A stretch of 64,000 nt of DNA, taken from contig CP181291.1 of NCBI GenBank assembly GCA_052279835.1, positions 4,896,001 to 4,960,000 on the forward strand. The letters are read 5' to 3'. The DNA is from Microcoleus sp. Lineage in GTDB: Bacteria > Cyanobacteriota > Cyanobacteriia > Cyanobacteriales > Microcoleaceae. Under the pieces are notes generated by a model. The model was not told the DNA's origin. It ran no database searches and worked only from the letters and a program-made list of their open reading frames with translations. Both the position numbers and the translations under genes were made by a program. This document shows, piece after piece, positions 40,101 through 48,349 of this stretch (positions are counted from its first letter, which is position 1; each line of letters opens with the position of its first letter).

Positions 40101-40300
40101 AATGTTACCAAAGACTCGATTTCTTCCGGCGCTAAACCCGGTGCTTCCGTTTGGATTTCCACCTGTGGCGGTGCGAAAGGCGGGAAGACATCGAGAGGCA
40201 TTTTGGGGATGATATATACTGTCCAAAGACTAATAATAATGGTGGCGATAACGACTAGCCAGCGGCGGTTGATTACCCATCTGAGAATAGTGCTGAACAT
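37151..40300 (-). CDS. Heavy-metal efflux RND permease (CusA/CzcA family; carries an in-frame repeat insertion)
   Basis: Motifs LDVFP, GLAPEEIESLVT, DDAIVYAEN, GVEGRIF.PM, FLPEFQE, RLNAILMT. Confidence 0.93.
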   Translation of the reverse strand: MFSTILRWVINRRWLVVIATIIISLWTVYIIPKMPLDVFPPFAPPQVEIQTEAPGLAPEEIESLVTLPIESAINGTPGVTAVRSSSAVGVSVVKVIFDWGTEIYQARQLITERLQQAESKLPAGVETPQISPTTSPVGTVITYAFTSETTSLMEVRRLVDWQVTNRLLAVTGVAQVVAYGGEERQYQVLVNPAKLKAFNVSLQQVSEAVAAANVNAPGGYLITPDKETLIRGVGRIESVADLQQSAIASRQGSVVRIGDVADVKIGAAIKRGDGSFNGKKAVIVMVNRQPIADTPTVTQAVEAAMAQVQQALPKDIKVTVTFRQEEYINSSVENVRSALVEGSIIVTIILIPFLMNWRTLTVVLLDFFLTWLLGLLAMYWLGLGLNTMTLGGLSVAIGTAIDDAIVYAENTYRNLRENTASHHPRPVMDVIFDGSQEVRDSLIGATVIGIVVFSPIFTLPGVEGRIFTPMGITYLVVVVISSLESLFISPALCAILLPNKNMSAAEPWLPRFCKKIYHFFIKLSMRYSAIILTLAAASMVATLIILPSFGRVFLPEFQEQTLVNTILLYPGVSLEATNSAAFAMEEALKDDTRFAYVQVRSGRAPGDADAAGVNLAHIDIGLSEEGMKNRPKTLESLRQEFGKLPGVAPNIGGFISHRMDEVLSGVRSQIAVKIFGPDLNQLRTIGAEVEEQMKTVAGIVDLQLEPQVPVQQIQIKFNRQAAGRYGLKVGELSEIIETALNGKVVSQVLELQQTFDLVVWLQPESRNNLETIENLLVDTPPLSPPYKGGDETPLSPYKGGDERGGKIPLAQVATVKYGTGPNTINRENVSRLIVVAANAKGRDLRSVVNEIQAKVKREVQLPFGYFIQYGGQFEAEQRASQNIMVFSAIAFVVITVLMYLSVKSIPSTAMIMINLPIGLVGGVISVALTGGIISVASLVGFVTLFGVATRNGLLLVDNYNTKFAEGMPFNEAIIKGSMERLNAILMTAATSALGLAPLVLEGGAGKEILQPLSVVVLGGLFTSTALTLLVLPALYVQFSEHLLKPINYH
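37887..37966. repeat. Palindromic CCCCCCTT-TAT-AAGGGG double unit, in-frame inside the RND gene
   Basis: Encodes PPLSPPYKGGDETPLSPYKGGDERGG, with a 33-bp internal duplication. Confidence 0.85.
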
Positions 40301-40308
40301 TTATATTT

Positions 40309-40385
40309 GGTAATAGGTAATAGGTAATAGGTAATTGGTAATTGGTAATTGGTAATTGGTAATTGGTAATAGGTAATTGGTAATT
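40309..40385. repeat. Heptamer tandem repeat (GGTAAT[A/T])11
   Basis: Directly visible. Sits 8 bp upstream of the RND start codon. Confidence 0.92.
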
Positions 40386-40513
40386 GCTCGCAGAAGAATA
40401 CTTATCTGTGTATCCGTGTTTTCCGTGTCGTGCCGTGGGTAATTGGTAATTTCAACTGGATACCTGCGCGGAACATTGTTAAATAGCTATTCAATTTAGA
40501 TTGACAGACCAAA

Positions 40514-40531
40514 ATGAAATTAGGATGAAAT
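40514..40531 (-). promoter_or_regulatory. Direct-repeat box TTTCAT-N5-TTTCAT (CopR/RppA-type site) upstream of the RND gene
   Basis: Identical 18-mer at 40514, 42958 and 44215. A TGn-CAATCT -10-like hexamer lies 10 bp downstream. Confidence 0.75.
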
Positions 40532-40617
40532 ATTTTAACTGTCCCATGCGAAATCTAAAATCTAAAATAATATAAGCTGTGTTGCTGTTTTTGACAAAGC
40601 AGCTTACAATATTTATT

Positions 40618-40812
40618 ATGAAATCACCAAAACATTACTCGCAACCCCCGATCGCTGAAGCCTTAATTGATATACAATTTAAACTTCCACCATTGGAAGA
40701 AATAGACTATAATCCTCTACAGCCAAAGCGATCGGAACGTGTAATCATGCGCTCTCAGTTCAAATGGCGTAAAAAACCTATGCCGTATCTTTTCGATGAA
40801 GAACGATCGTAA
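40618..40812 (+). pseudogene. 64-aa ORF, probable gene remnant (TIGR04255-like N-terminus fused to an unrelated C-terminus)
   Basis: HYSQPPIAEALIDIQF resembles the start of ~250-aa TIGR04255-family proteins, but this ORF is only 64 aa. It has its own TTGCTG-17-TACAAT promoter. Confidence 0.45.
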
Positions 40813-40844
40813 TTTAGTTATAGTTGTTAGGTTCAACATTTTTT

Positions 40845-42788
40845 TTACTTGAGGCTCTTGGTTTGTATCTCCTGAACTTTAAGGCGGTGGTTGTCATCAT
40901 GCGACGGCAATTCATCAACTCTACTCGCATTTAATGCCACTGCGGAGGCGACAAAACCGTTGTTTTTAGAATCCGCTGCTACTGCTGGCAATTTGCGCCG
41001 ATTTCCCCAGAAAGCCCCGGCTGCAAAAGTCACAGAGGCGATCGCCATACCTCCGCCAATTCCCGCCCACAAAGGCACGGGAAAACTGTTAAGCTTAGCC
41101 TCTGTCACCTTGGGATTTTCCTCAGTTTTTGAGTGTTTGCTACCGCCCCGCAACGATTGCGCGTAAAGTTGAGGTGCGCGCTGGGTGACAATTAAATCGC
41201 CCTCAAACAAACCGCTCTTAATTTCTACTAAATCCCCGGAAGTTTTACCAAGTGCCACTTCCATAGCTTGAAACGCATCGCCGTTTTTGACATAAACTAA
41301 CTGTTTGCCGTTGGCTTCTACTACTGCTGAAACCGGAATTGCTAAAACATTTGCTGCTGTTTTTTCAGTGAAAATCTCCAACTCGGCAAACATCCCTGGT
41401 TTCAAACTTCCTTCAGAATTATCTAATAAAGCTTTCACTGGCACAGCCCGACTTTCCCCTTCTACTGCCGAGCCAATCAAGCTAATTTTGCCCCGGAAAG
41501 TGCGGTGGGGTAAACTAGCAATTTTCACCGTCAATTCCTGACCATGCTTTACTTGATTTAGGTCTTTTTCGTATATATTTGCTGTGGCAAAAACGCTGCT
41601 ATCATTTAATATACTCATCAGGGGTTTTTCCGCCGAGTTGACTGATTCGCCTGGGGTGATTTCACGATCGGCTACAGTGCCGACAATGGGAGCGATAACA
41701 GTCACAAGTCCTTGTTCATTGGCAATAGTTCCTAATTGTTGCAGCCGCGCTTGATAGGCTGAACTGCTGAGGCGAACGCGGGACTGAGCTACTTCTAAAG
41801 CAGCTTTAGCCCCCTTGAGTTGAGCCTCGGCTTCTAGAACTTCCCGCCGACTCAAAGCTTTGGTAAGTTGAGCTTTTACTTCTGCAACTTTGCCTTCAGC
41901 ATCTCGCAATTCTCGCATCGGCAGGTCTACTTGGGCTTGTTTAATTTCGGTTTCGGCTTTGATAACTTCGGGACGGCTTTTTGCTTTGGCAACATTGGCT
42001 TTGGCTTCGGCGAAATGAGCTTGCGATTCCAGCATTGTCCGTCGCGCGATCGCCCCTGCTGCTACCAATTCTTTGTCCCGTTCAAACTGTTCTTTAGCCA
42101 CTGTTAATTCGGTTTCTGCCTGGGCTATTTCTGCCTGGGCTATTTGTAGTTGGCGCTGATAGTTTTCTTGAGCAACTTTCACCACAGATCGGTTGTTTAC
42201 CAATTCTTGCTCTCGTTCGTATTGCTGAGTTGCTGCTGTCAGTTGGCTTTTGGCTTGGGCGATTTCTGCGGAGGATATTTGCAGTTGGCGATCGTAATTT
42301 TGTTGAGCTAACTTAAACTGAGCCTGCGCCTGCTGCAAATCGCCTTCAGCTTCGGCTCGTTTGGCGATCGACTCCACGCGCAATTGGCCTAATTCCGAAC
42401 TCGATAAAACAACAACAGGTTGACCTTTTGATACTTTGTCCCCCGGTTTGACGAGCAACTCAACCACAGTGCCGCTAACGGGAGCCCGAACTTCTACTTT
42501 TTGATTTGGCAGAGTTTCAATTTGTCCGGTAGTTTTAATCCCCACAGACAACCGCTGAGCTTTCACAGGCTCAACTTTGATTCCGATGCGCTTCGAGGTT
42601 TCAGTATCGACAGAAATAGCAGCCGGAATTTGAGTTGTTTCGCCACTTTGGTGAAATTCATCTCCGTGTCCCGCGTGGGCGAAAACAGCGGCCGGAGAAC
42701 TTAGCAAAATCAGGCTGAATAAAGTTGCAGAACCACTGCTAATAATTGCGGCAGATTGAGCATATTTGTGAAATATCATCGTTGGCAT
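40845..42788 (-). CDS. RND efflux membrane fusion protein (CusB/CzcB-like), start uncertain
   Basis: HAGHGDEFH after a signal-like segment, TTGQIE, APVSGTV, a long coiled coil, LKPGMFAEL, SGLFEGD. Confidence 0.9.
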   Translation of the reverse strand: MPTMIFHKYAQSAAIISSGSATLFSLILLSSPAAVFAHAGHGDEFHQSGETTQIPAAISVDTETSKRIGIKVEPVKAQRLSVGIKTTGQIETLPNQKVEVRAPVSGTVVELLVKPGDKVSKGQPVVVLSSSELGQLRVESIAKRAEAEGDLQQAQAQFKLAQQNYDRQLQISSAEIAQAKSQLTAATQQYEREQELVNNRSVVKVAQENYQRQLQIAQAEIAQAETELTVAKEQFERDKELVAAGAIARRTMLESQAHFAEAKANVAKAKSRPEVIKAETEIKQAQVDLPMRELRDAEGKVAEVKAQLTKALSRREVLEAEAQLKGAKAALEVAQSRVRLSSSAYQARLQQLGTIANEQGLVTVIAPIVGTVADREITPGESVNSAEKPLMSILNDSSVFATANIYEKDLNQVKHGQELTVKIASLPHRTFRGKISLIGSAVEGESRAVPVKALLDNSEGSLKPGMFAELEIFTEKTAANVLAIPVSAVVEANGKQLVYVKNGDAFQAMEVALGKTSGDLVEIKSGLFEGDLIVTQRAPQLYAQSLRGGSKHSKTEENPKVTEAKLNSFPVPLWAGIGGGMAIASVTFAAGAFWGNRRKLPAVAADSKNNGFVASAVALNASRVDELPSHDDNHRLKVQEIQTKSLK

Positions 42789-42957
42789 TGTCCTTGAAAT
42801 CGGGTTGAGTGCCACAGGTTTAGCGATTGGTATTTTTCTCAACTAAGTAAGTAAACTGAATTAACCAGATCTACTTATTAGCTTTTTCCCAGAAGCGATC
42901 GCTAAGCAATGACCAAGAGCTAAACATACTCTCCTCAACCTAGTCTTTCACAGTCCA

Positions 42958-42975
42958 ATGAAATTAGGATGAAAT
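42958..42975 (-). promoter_or_regulatory. Direct-repeat box TTTCAT-N5-TTTCAT upstream of the MFP gene
   Basis: Identical 18-mer. TGn-AAGACT lies 10 bp downstream. Confidence 0.75.
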
Positions 42976-42981
42976 TTCACC

Positions 42982-43170
42982 TCAGCAACCCAGATACCCG
43001 CCGGCTTCTAAAATATCAATATAAGTTTTGCCTAATTTCAAGCGTTGCTGGTGTAATTTTTTTTCGGTTTCTGATTGCGCTTCAATTTCCTTGGTCAAGG
43101 CGCTCACTAACTCTTCTACGGCTTCCTTAGATTGATAAGTAGTGTTTGATTCCAAGCTGGTCAAGATCAT
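42982..43170 (-). CDS. Small hypothetical protein (62 aa, helical)
   Basis: Open frame with a GGGGAA purine tract upstream. No recognisable motif. Confidence 0.5.
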   Translation of the reverse strand: MILTSLESNTTYQSKEAVEELVSALTKEIEAQSETEKKLHQQRLKLGKTYIDILEAGGYLGC

Positions 43171-43456
43171 TAATTATTCCCCTGTCATGATAGCTTTTGA
43201 GTGACTTTCATACTTTAGAGGGATGGCTTTTAAATTGTCTACAGTATTTTTACGTAAAAAAATCAACTTAGGTGTATCTAAACAGGTTGTGACCGCAATC
43301 ATAGATTTAAGTGACTATTAATACAACACTTTGCGTCATTTTTTGATTGCCTCGATTGCCGGATTTTGCCAAGCAAAATTTTCCTGAACAATAGACATAG
43401 TGTGATTAATGCTATTCGTGTTCAGGCTTTTTTACTTCAGAATTTAGGGATTTATG

Positions 43457-44164
43457 TTATTGTTTATACCACGCTTTGCGCCACTCTTTCATTTGCTCAA
43501 TTTCTTGTTTTTGTGAAGTCAGAATTTCTTGGGATAATTTCTGCATTTCTGGCCGCTTAGACTTTTTCAAAGCATCTTGGGCCATCACCAAAGCTCCTTC
43601 ATGGTGGGGAATCATCCCATTCAGAAACCGCAAATCAAATTGAGCATCCGCAGCACCTAAATCCATACTCATCATCATGCTTTGCATCTGTTCGGGAGTC
43701 ATGGCCATCATGTGACCCATGGGAGCGTGATAAGCCATGGGCGTATTGCTGGCTTTAGGATACCAAGTTTTTCGCCACTCTTTCATTTGATTAATTTCAC
43801 GATTTTGAGCGACAATCATGTTATTTGCTAGTTTTTTCATTTCCGGGCGTTTGGATTTATTCAACACCTCTTTCGCCATGTTTACAGCACCTTGATGATG
43901 CACTGTCATCCCATCGATAAATCGCAAATCGTAGTCGGCATCAGCAGGTCCTAAGTCCATGGACATACTGTGATTCATGCCACCCATTTTGTGGTCCTGC
44001 GCCACCTCTTGTTTACTGCTGGCTGGGCTTGCTGCTGTAATATTTGGGGCTTGAGTTTGACTTACAGTGTCTTTGGAACAAGCAGCCAGCACTCCAGTGC
44101 TTAGGGCTGCTGTGCAGGTGAATATTAGGGCTGTCAATCCTGTTTTTAATGGCATTGGTTTCAT
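43457..44164 (-). CDS. DUF305 Met/His-rich copper-binding lipoprotein (CopM-like)
   Basis: Lipobox LAAC and two DLRF..GM..HH.GA..MA repeats. Rich in Met and His. Confidence 0.88.
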   Translation of the reverse strand: MKPMPLKTGLTALIFTCTAALSTGVLAACSKDTVSQTQAPNITAASPASSKQEVAQDHKMGGMNHSMSMDLGPADADYDLRFIDGMTVHHQGAVNMAKEVLNKSKRPEMKKLANNMIVAQNREINQMKEWRKTWYPKASNTPMAYHAPMGHMMAMTPEQMQSMMMSMDLGAADAQFDLRFLNGMIPHHEGALVMAQDALKKSKRPEMQKLSQEILTSQKQEIEQMKEWRKAWYKQ

Positions 44165-44214
44165 AGATTTTATATTTTTAAAATTGCGATTTATTTTTAG
44201 TCTATCACGGAGAT

Positions 44215-44232
44215 ATGAAATTAGGATGAAAT
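44215..44232 (-). promoter_or_regulatory. Direct-repeat box TTTCAT-N5-TTTCAT upstream of the copM-like gene
   Basis: Identical 18-mer. TGn-TAGACT lies 10 bp downstream. Confidence 0.78.
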
Positions 44233-44267
44233 TTGTAAGAATGTCAAATTTCAAATCTTAAATTGAC

Positions 44268-44299
44268 TTGAGTATTCTGCTAACAGGAGACTGTATAAT
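44268..44299 (+). promoter_or_regulatory. MerR-type promoter (TTGAGT-20 bp-TATAAT with a dyad in the spacer) for the chaperone-ATPase operon
   Basis: Imperfect palindrome AGTATTCTG-CTAA-CAGGAGACT (7/9) and an over-long spacer. Confidence 0.6.
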
Positions 44300-44348
44300 G
44301 AAATTAATTAATAGATCGAGCAGAGTGTTTGATGCTGAGGTTGAAATT

Positions 44349-44543
44349 ATGACTCTACAGTTAAAAGTTCCAAAAATTGCTTGTTCGGCTTGTGCCAATA
44401 CGATCGCACAAGCAGTCAAAACCATCGATCCAGCCGCAGTGGTTGAGGCAGATATTAAGACGAAATTGGTGACAATTCAAAGCGTGAAGCCGGAAAATGA
44501 AGTGAGAAAAGCCATCGCATCTGTTGGTTATCCAGCCCTTTGA
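44349..44543 (+). CDS. HMA-domain copper chaperone (CopZ/Atx1-like)
   Basis: VPKIACSAC motif, ending AIASVGY. 64 aa. Confidence 0.9.
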   Translation: MTLQLKVPKIACSACANTIAQAVKTIDPAAVVEADIKTKLVTIQSVKPENEVRKAIASVGYPAL

Positions 44544-44596
44544 CAGCAGAATCTTAGCAACTGCCAATTTCCTATTCCCAATTCGAGAGTGCATAT

Positions 44597-46852
44597 ATGG
44601 ATAATCTCACAGTCAAACTCCAAGGCATGAGTTGTGCCTCCTGTGCCTCTTCCATTGAACAAGCAATTAAATCTGTTCCTGGTGTCATGGAGTGCAATGT
44701 CAACTTTGGCATGGAACAAGCAAGTATCCAATACGACTCCCAAAAAACTAGCTTAGCAACAATTCAAGAAGCTGTTGATGCGGCGGGATACAAAGCTTTC
44801 CCGCTTCCAGAAATATCCCAGGGCGAGGATGACACCGAGCAAATAACTCGTCAAGCAGAATCTCAAGTTTTGCAACGTAAATTGTGGACAGCAGGTATGA
44901 TTAGCCTGTTACTATTTACAGGTTCCATTCCAGCTATGACTGGTTGGCATTTGCCATTTATTCCCGGATGGCTGCACAATTTTTGGCTGCAATTAGTGCT
45001 GACAGCACCAGTACAATTCTGGTGTGGTAACTCATTTTATATAGGAGCGTGGAAATCGCTAAAACGCCGCCTAGCCACAATGGATACCCTGATTGCTTTG
45101 GGAACCAGTTCTGCTTACTTTTATTCTGTATTTGTAACACTTTTTCCCGGATTTTTCCTAGCTCAGGGTTTGATACCCAGCGTTTATTATGAAGTTGCGG
45201 CGAGTGTGATTGCCCTAATTTTGCTGGGTAAAACCCTAGAAAATCGGGCGAAGGGAGAGACTTCGGAGGCGATTCGGAAACTCATGGGTTTGCAAGCGAA
45301 AACGGCTCGGATTGTTCGCAACGGGCAAGAGTTGGAAGTGCCATTAGCCCAAGTGGAAATTGGCGATATTGTGCAGGTGCGGCCAGGGGAACAAATTCCC
45401 GTAGATGGAGAGATGATTGAAGGCTATTCCACCATAGATGAAGCAATGGTAACAGGGGAAAGTTTGCCAGTCAAAAAGCAAGTCGGTGATGAAGTTATCG
45501 GCTCGACAATTAACAAAACTGGCAGTTTTAAGTTTCGCACCACTAGGATTGGTCAGGATACATTTTTAGCTCAAATTGTCAAGATGGTGCAGGATGCCCA
45601 GGGGTCTAAAGCACCGATTCAAAAATTGGCAGATGAGGTTACAGGTTGGTTTGTTCCCGCTGTAATAGCCATTGCTTTAGCGACTTTTATTATCTGGTTT
45701 AATGCGACTGGAAACTTGACTTTGGCAACCGTTACCATGGTGGAAGTGCTGATTATTGCCTGTCCTTGTGCTTTGGGTTTGGCAACTCCGACGGCGGTGA
45801 TGGTGGGGACTGGTAAAGGTGCAGAAAATGGAGTTTTAATTAAAGGAGCTGAAAGTTTAGAACTGGCTCATAAAATTCAAGTCATTGTGTTAGATAAAAC
45901 CGGGACTCTCACGGAAGGTAAGCCGACTGTTACTGATTTTGTGACAATTAAAGGAATCGCTAACAGCAATGAGCTAAAATTGCTGAAATTGGCAGCGTCT
46001 GTGGAGCGAAATTCCGAGCATCCTGTGGGTGAAGCTGTGGTGAAATATGCTGCATCTCAAGAGGTAAGTTTAACAGATGTTAAGGATTTTGAGGCGATCG
46101 CCGGAAGTGGTGTCCGGGGGGTGGTGGAGGGAAAGTCGATCGCCCTGGGAACACTCAGATGGATGCAGGAATTAGGCTTTGATACTGATTATTTGGAACT
46201 CCGCGCCAAAGCTTGGGAATCTGCCAGTAAAACAGTGGTTTGGATGGCTGTAGAGGGCAAAATTGAGGCGATTCTGGGCATTGCGGATGCCCTCAAACCA
46301 TCGTCAGCGCGGGCGGTGAAAGCACTGCAAAAACTCGGTTTAGAAGTGGTGATGCTCACAGGAGATAACCGCGCGACTGCGGAGTCCATCGCCCATGCTG
46401 TTGGGATCGATCGCATTTTTGCAGAAGTTAGACCAGACCAAAAAGCAGCTAAAATCCAAGCACTGCAAGCACAAGGTAAAATTGTAGCGATGGTGGGAGA
46501 TGGAATTAACGATGCTCCAGCTTTGGCGATAGCGGATGTGGGAATTGCGATCGGCACCGGGACAGATGTGGCGATCGCAGCGAGCGACATAACCCTAATT
46601 TCTGGAGACTTGCAAGGAATAGTTACAGCCATTCAACTGTCGCGCGCCACCATGCGAAACATCCGCGAAAACCTGTTTTTTGCCTTTATTTACAACATCG
46701 CTGGAATTCCGATCGCAGCAGGTATTTTATATCCGATTTTTGGCTGGCTACTAAGTCCAATCATCGCTGGGGGTGCCATGGCTTTTAGTTCAGTTTCCGT
46801 CCTGACTAATGCTTTGCGATTGCGTAATTTTCAACCCAAATATATCACCTAA
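44597..46852 (+). CDS. Cu(I)-translocating P1B-1 ATPase (PacS/CopA-like)
   Basis: Motifs GMSCASC, TGES, CPC, DKTGT, SEHP, GDGIND, YN, MAFSS. Confidence 0.95.
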   Translation: MDNLTVKLQGMSCASCASSIEQAIKSVPGVMECNVNFGMEQASIQYDSQKTSLATIQEAVDAAGYKAFPLPEISQGEDDTEQITRQAESQVLQRKLWTAGMISLLLFTGSIPAMTGWHLPFIPGWLHNFWLQLVLTAPVQFWCGNSFYIGAWKSLKRRLATMDTLIALGTSSAYFYSVFVTLFPGFFLAQGLIPSVYYEVAASVIALILLGKTLENRAKGETSEAIRKLMGLQAKTARIVRNGQELEVPLAQVEIGDIVQVRPGEQIPVDGEMIEGYSTIDEAMVTGESLPVKKQVGDEVIGSTINKTGSFKFRTTRIGQDTFLAQIVKMVQDAQGSKAPIQKLADEVTGWFVPAVIAIALATFIIWFNATGNLTLATVTMVEVLIIACPCALGLATPTAVMVGTGKGAENGVLIKGAESLELAHKIQVIVLDKTGTLTEGKPTVTDFVTIKGIANSNELKLLKLAASVERNSEHPVGEAVVKYAASQEVSLTDVKDFEAIAGSGVRGVVEGKSIALGTLRWMQELGFDTDYLELRAKAWESASKTVVWMAVEGKIEAILGIADALKPSSARAVKALQKLGLEVVMLTGDNRATAESIAHAVGIDRIFAEVRPDQKAAKIQALQAQGKIVAMVGDGINDAPALAIADVGIAIGTGTDVAIAASDITLISGDLQGIVTAIQLSRATMRNIRENLFFAFIYNIAGIPIAAGILYPIFGWLLSPIIAGGAMAFSSVSVLTNALRLRNFQPKYIT

Positions 46853-46871
46853 ATTAGGAGTCATTAAAAAA

Positions 46872-47384
46872 ATGTTGCACCCTCGTCAAATTTGGGTAAC
46901 TCTCGCTAGTGTAGGAATTGCGATCGCAATGGCATCGGGAGTGCAAGCCGCTAAAATGTCTATCGAACCTACTCATTCCACCACTCAATTTCAAACTATT
47001 GAACAGCCTTTAGGTTTAAAAGTCGGTGTCACCCTAGGTGGATTGACTTTAATTGGTTTGGAGTTGTGGTGGTTTTTATTCAGTAAAGCTAAAAGCCAGC
47101 AAGCGGAATCAATTCAAGGGATACAAGAGTTAACTATTACTGTAGACGGGGGTTATGAACCAGCCAATGTAGTTGTGAAATCTGGTCAATTAGTCCGGCT
47201 CAATTTCTTGAGACGTGACCCCAATAGTTGTCTGGAAAAAGTGTTATTACCAGAATTTCACATTATACGACAATTACCTCTAAATCAGGTGACGGCTATT
47301 GAATTCACCCCTAACAAACCAGGCCGATACCTCTTTACTTGTGGCATGAATATGTTTCGGGGTGTGGTGGAAGTACAAAGGTGA
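46872..47384 (+). CDS. Membrane-anchored cupredoxin-domain protein
   Basis: ELWWFLFSK TM segment, ITVDGGYEP, SCLE, FTCGMNMFRG. Confidence 0.88.
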   Translation: MLHPRQIWVTLASVGIAIAMASGVQAAKMSIEPTHSTTQFQTIEQPLGLKVGVTLGGLTLIGLELWWFLFSKAKSQQAESIQGIQELTITVDGGYEPANVVVKSGQLVRLNFLRRDPNSCLEKVLLPEFHIIRQLPLNQVTAIEFTPNKPGRYLFTCGMNMFRGVVEVQR

Positions 47385-47549
47385 CATACTCCTACACCAA
47401 CTGAGTACACTATGGTGTTGTAGCATTCTGGGCTGCTCCTCAACAGAGATAGTTATCAACCTCTGGCAATTTTGACACTCCCCGCGCGAGTTTTTTTCGC
47501 AATAAATCGGTAAAATTGAATCTAGCTTAAAAAATTTGGAGTGAGCTAA

Positions 47550-47945
47550 ATGCAATTATTACACACCATGCTCCGAGTCGGAAACTTAGAAGAGTCCCTC
47601 AAATTTTACACCGAAGTGCTGGGTATGAAAAAGCTGCGGCAAAAAGACTATCCCGACGGTAAATTTAGTCTGGCTTTTGTCGGCTACGGTGATGAATCGG
47701 ACCATACAGTTTTGGAATTAACTTACAACTGGGGCGTTGAAGAGTATAATTTAGGGAATGCTTACGGTCATATTGCGATCGGGGTTGACGACATTTACGG
47801 TACCTGCGAAGAAATTAGAGCTCGCGGTGGTAAAGTTAGTCGCGAACCAGGCCCGATGAAACACGGTTCAACAGTCATTGCCTTTGTGGAAGACCCCGAT
47901 GGATATAAAGTTGAATTAGTGCAACTGAAAAATCGATGCGACTAG
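47550..47945 (+). CDS. gloA: Lactoylglutathione lyase (glyoxalase I)
   Basis: Motifs [34 protein letters not shown]. Confidence 0.95.
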   Translation: MQLLHTMLRVGNLEESLKFYTEVLGMKKLRQKDYPDGKFSLAFVGYGDESDHTVLELTYNWGVEEYNLGNAYGHIAIGVDDIYGTCEEIRARGGKVSREPGPMKHGSTVIAFVEDPDGYKVELVQLKNRCD

Positions 47946-47955
47946 AAACCGGGTT

Positions 47956-48077
47956 GGGTGCATCTCAATGAGTGCAAATATATTCGTAGGGGCGAAGCAT
48001 TTAGGTAGATAATTTATTAGTTATAAGCAGAGACTTACTGCCGGAATGCTTCGCCCCTCCCAAATTGGGATGCACCC
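47956..48077. repeat. REP/MITE-like element with GGGTGCATC...GATGCACCC ends and the AGGGGCGAAGCAT core (copy 2)
   Basis: Nested inverted repeats. Homologous to 5755-5859. Confidence 0.8.
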
Positions 48078-48349
48078 CCCTCATTCTTCCTCATGCCTCG
48101 TTCCCAGGCTTAGCCCAGTGGTGACAGCTTAACATCCAAGACAGTCTTTTGGAACAGGCATCCTGCCTGTTCTTGACTATCTTTCTTCTGGTTGAACAAA
48201 TTGTAATTAGATCTTGCACTTTTTGCATTGAGGGAGAAAAAATGTAATATTTTTTACAAATTGCCTCCGGTGGTCTTGATATATTCCTTTTGCTAGATGA
48301 CGCAAAAAAAAATGCTACATCGACAACAAACATATCAAGGTAGGAGAAA

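Noticed and set aside
33449..47384. Metal cluster as a mobile genomic island
   Set aside because: No integrase, transposase, tRNA or flanking direct repeats are seen. HIP1 sites and host repeat families are present throughout.
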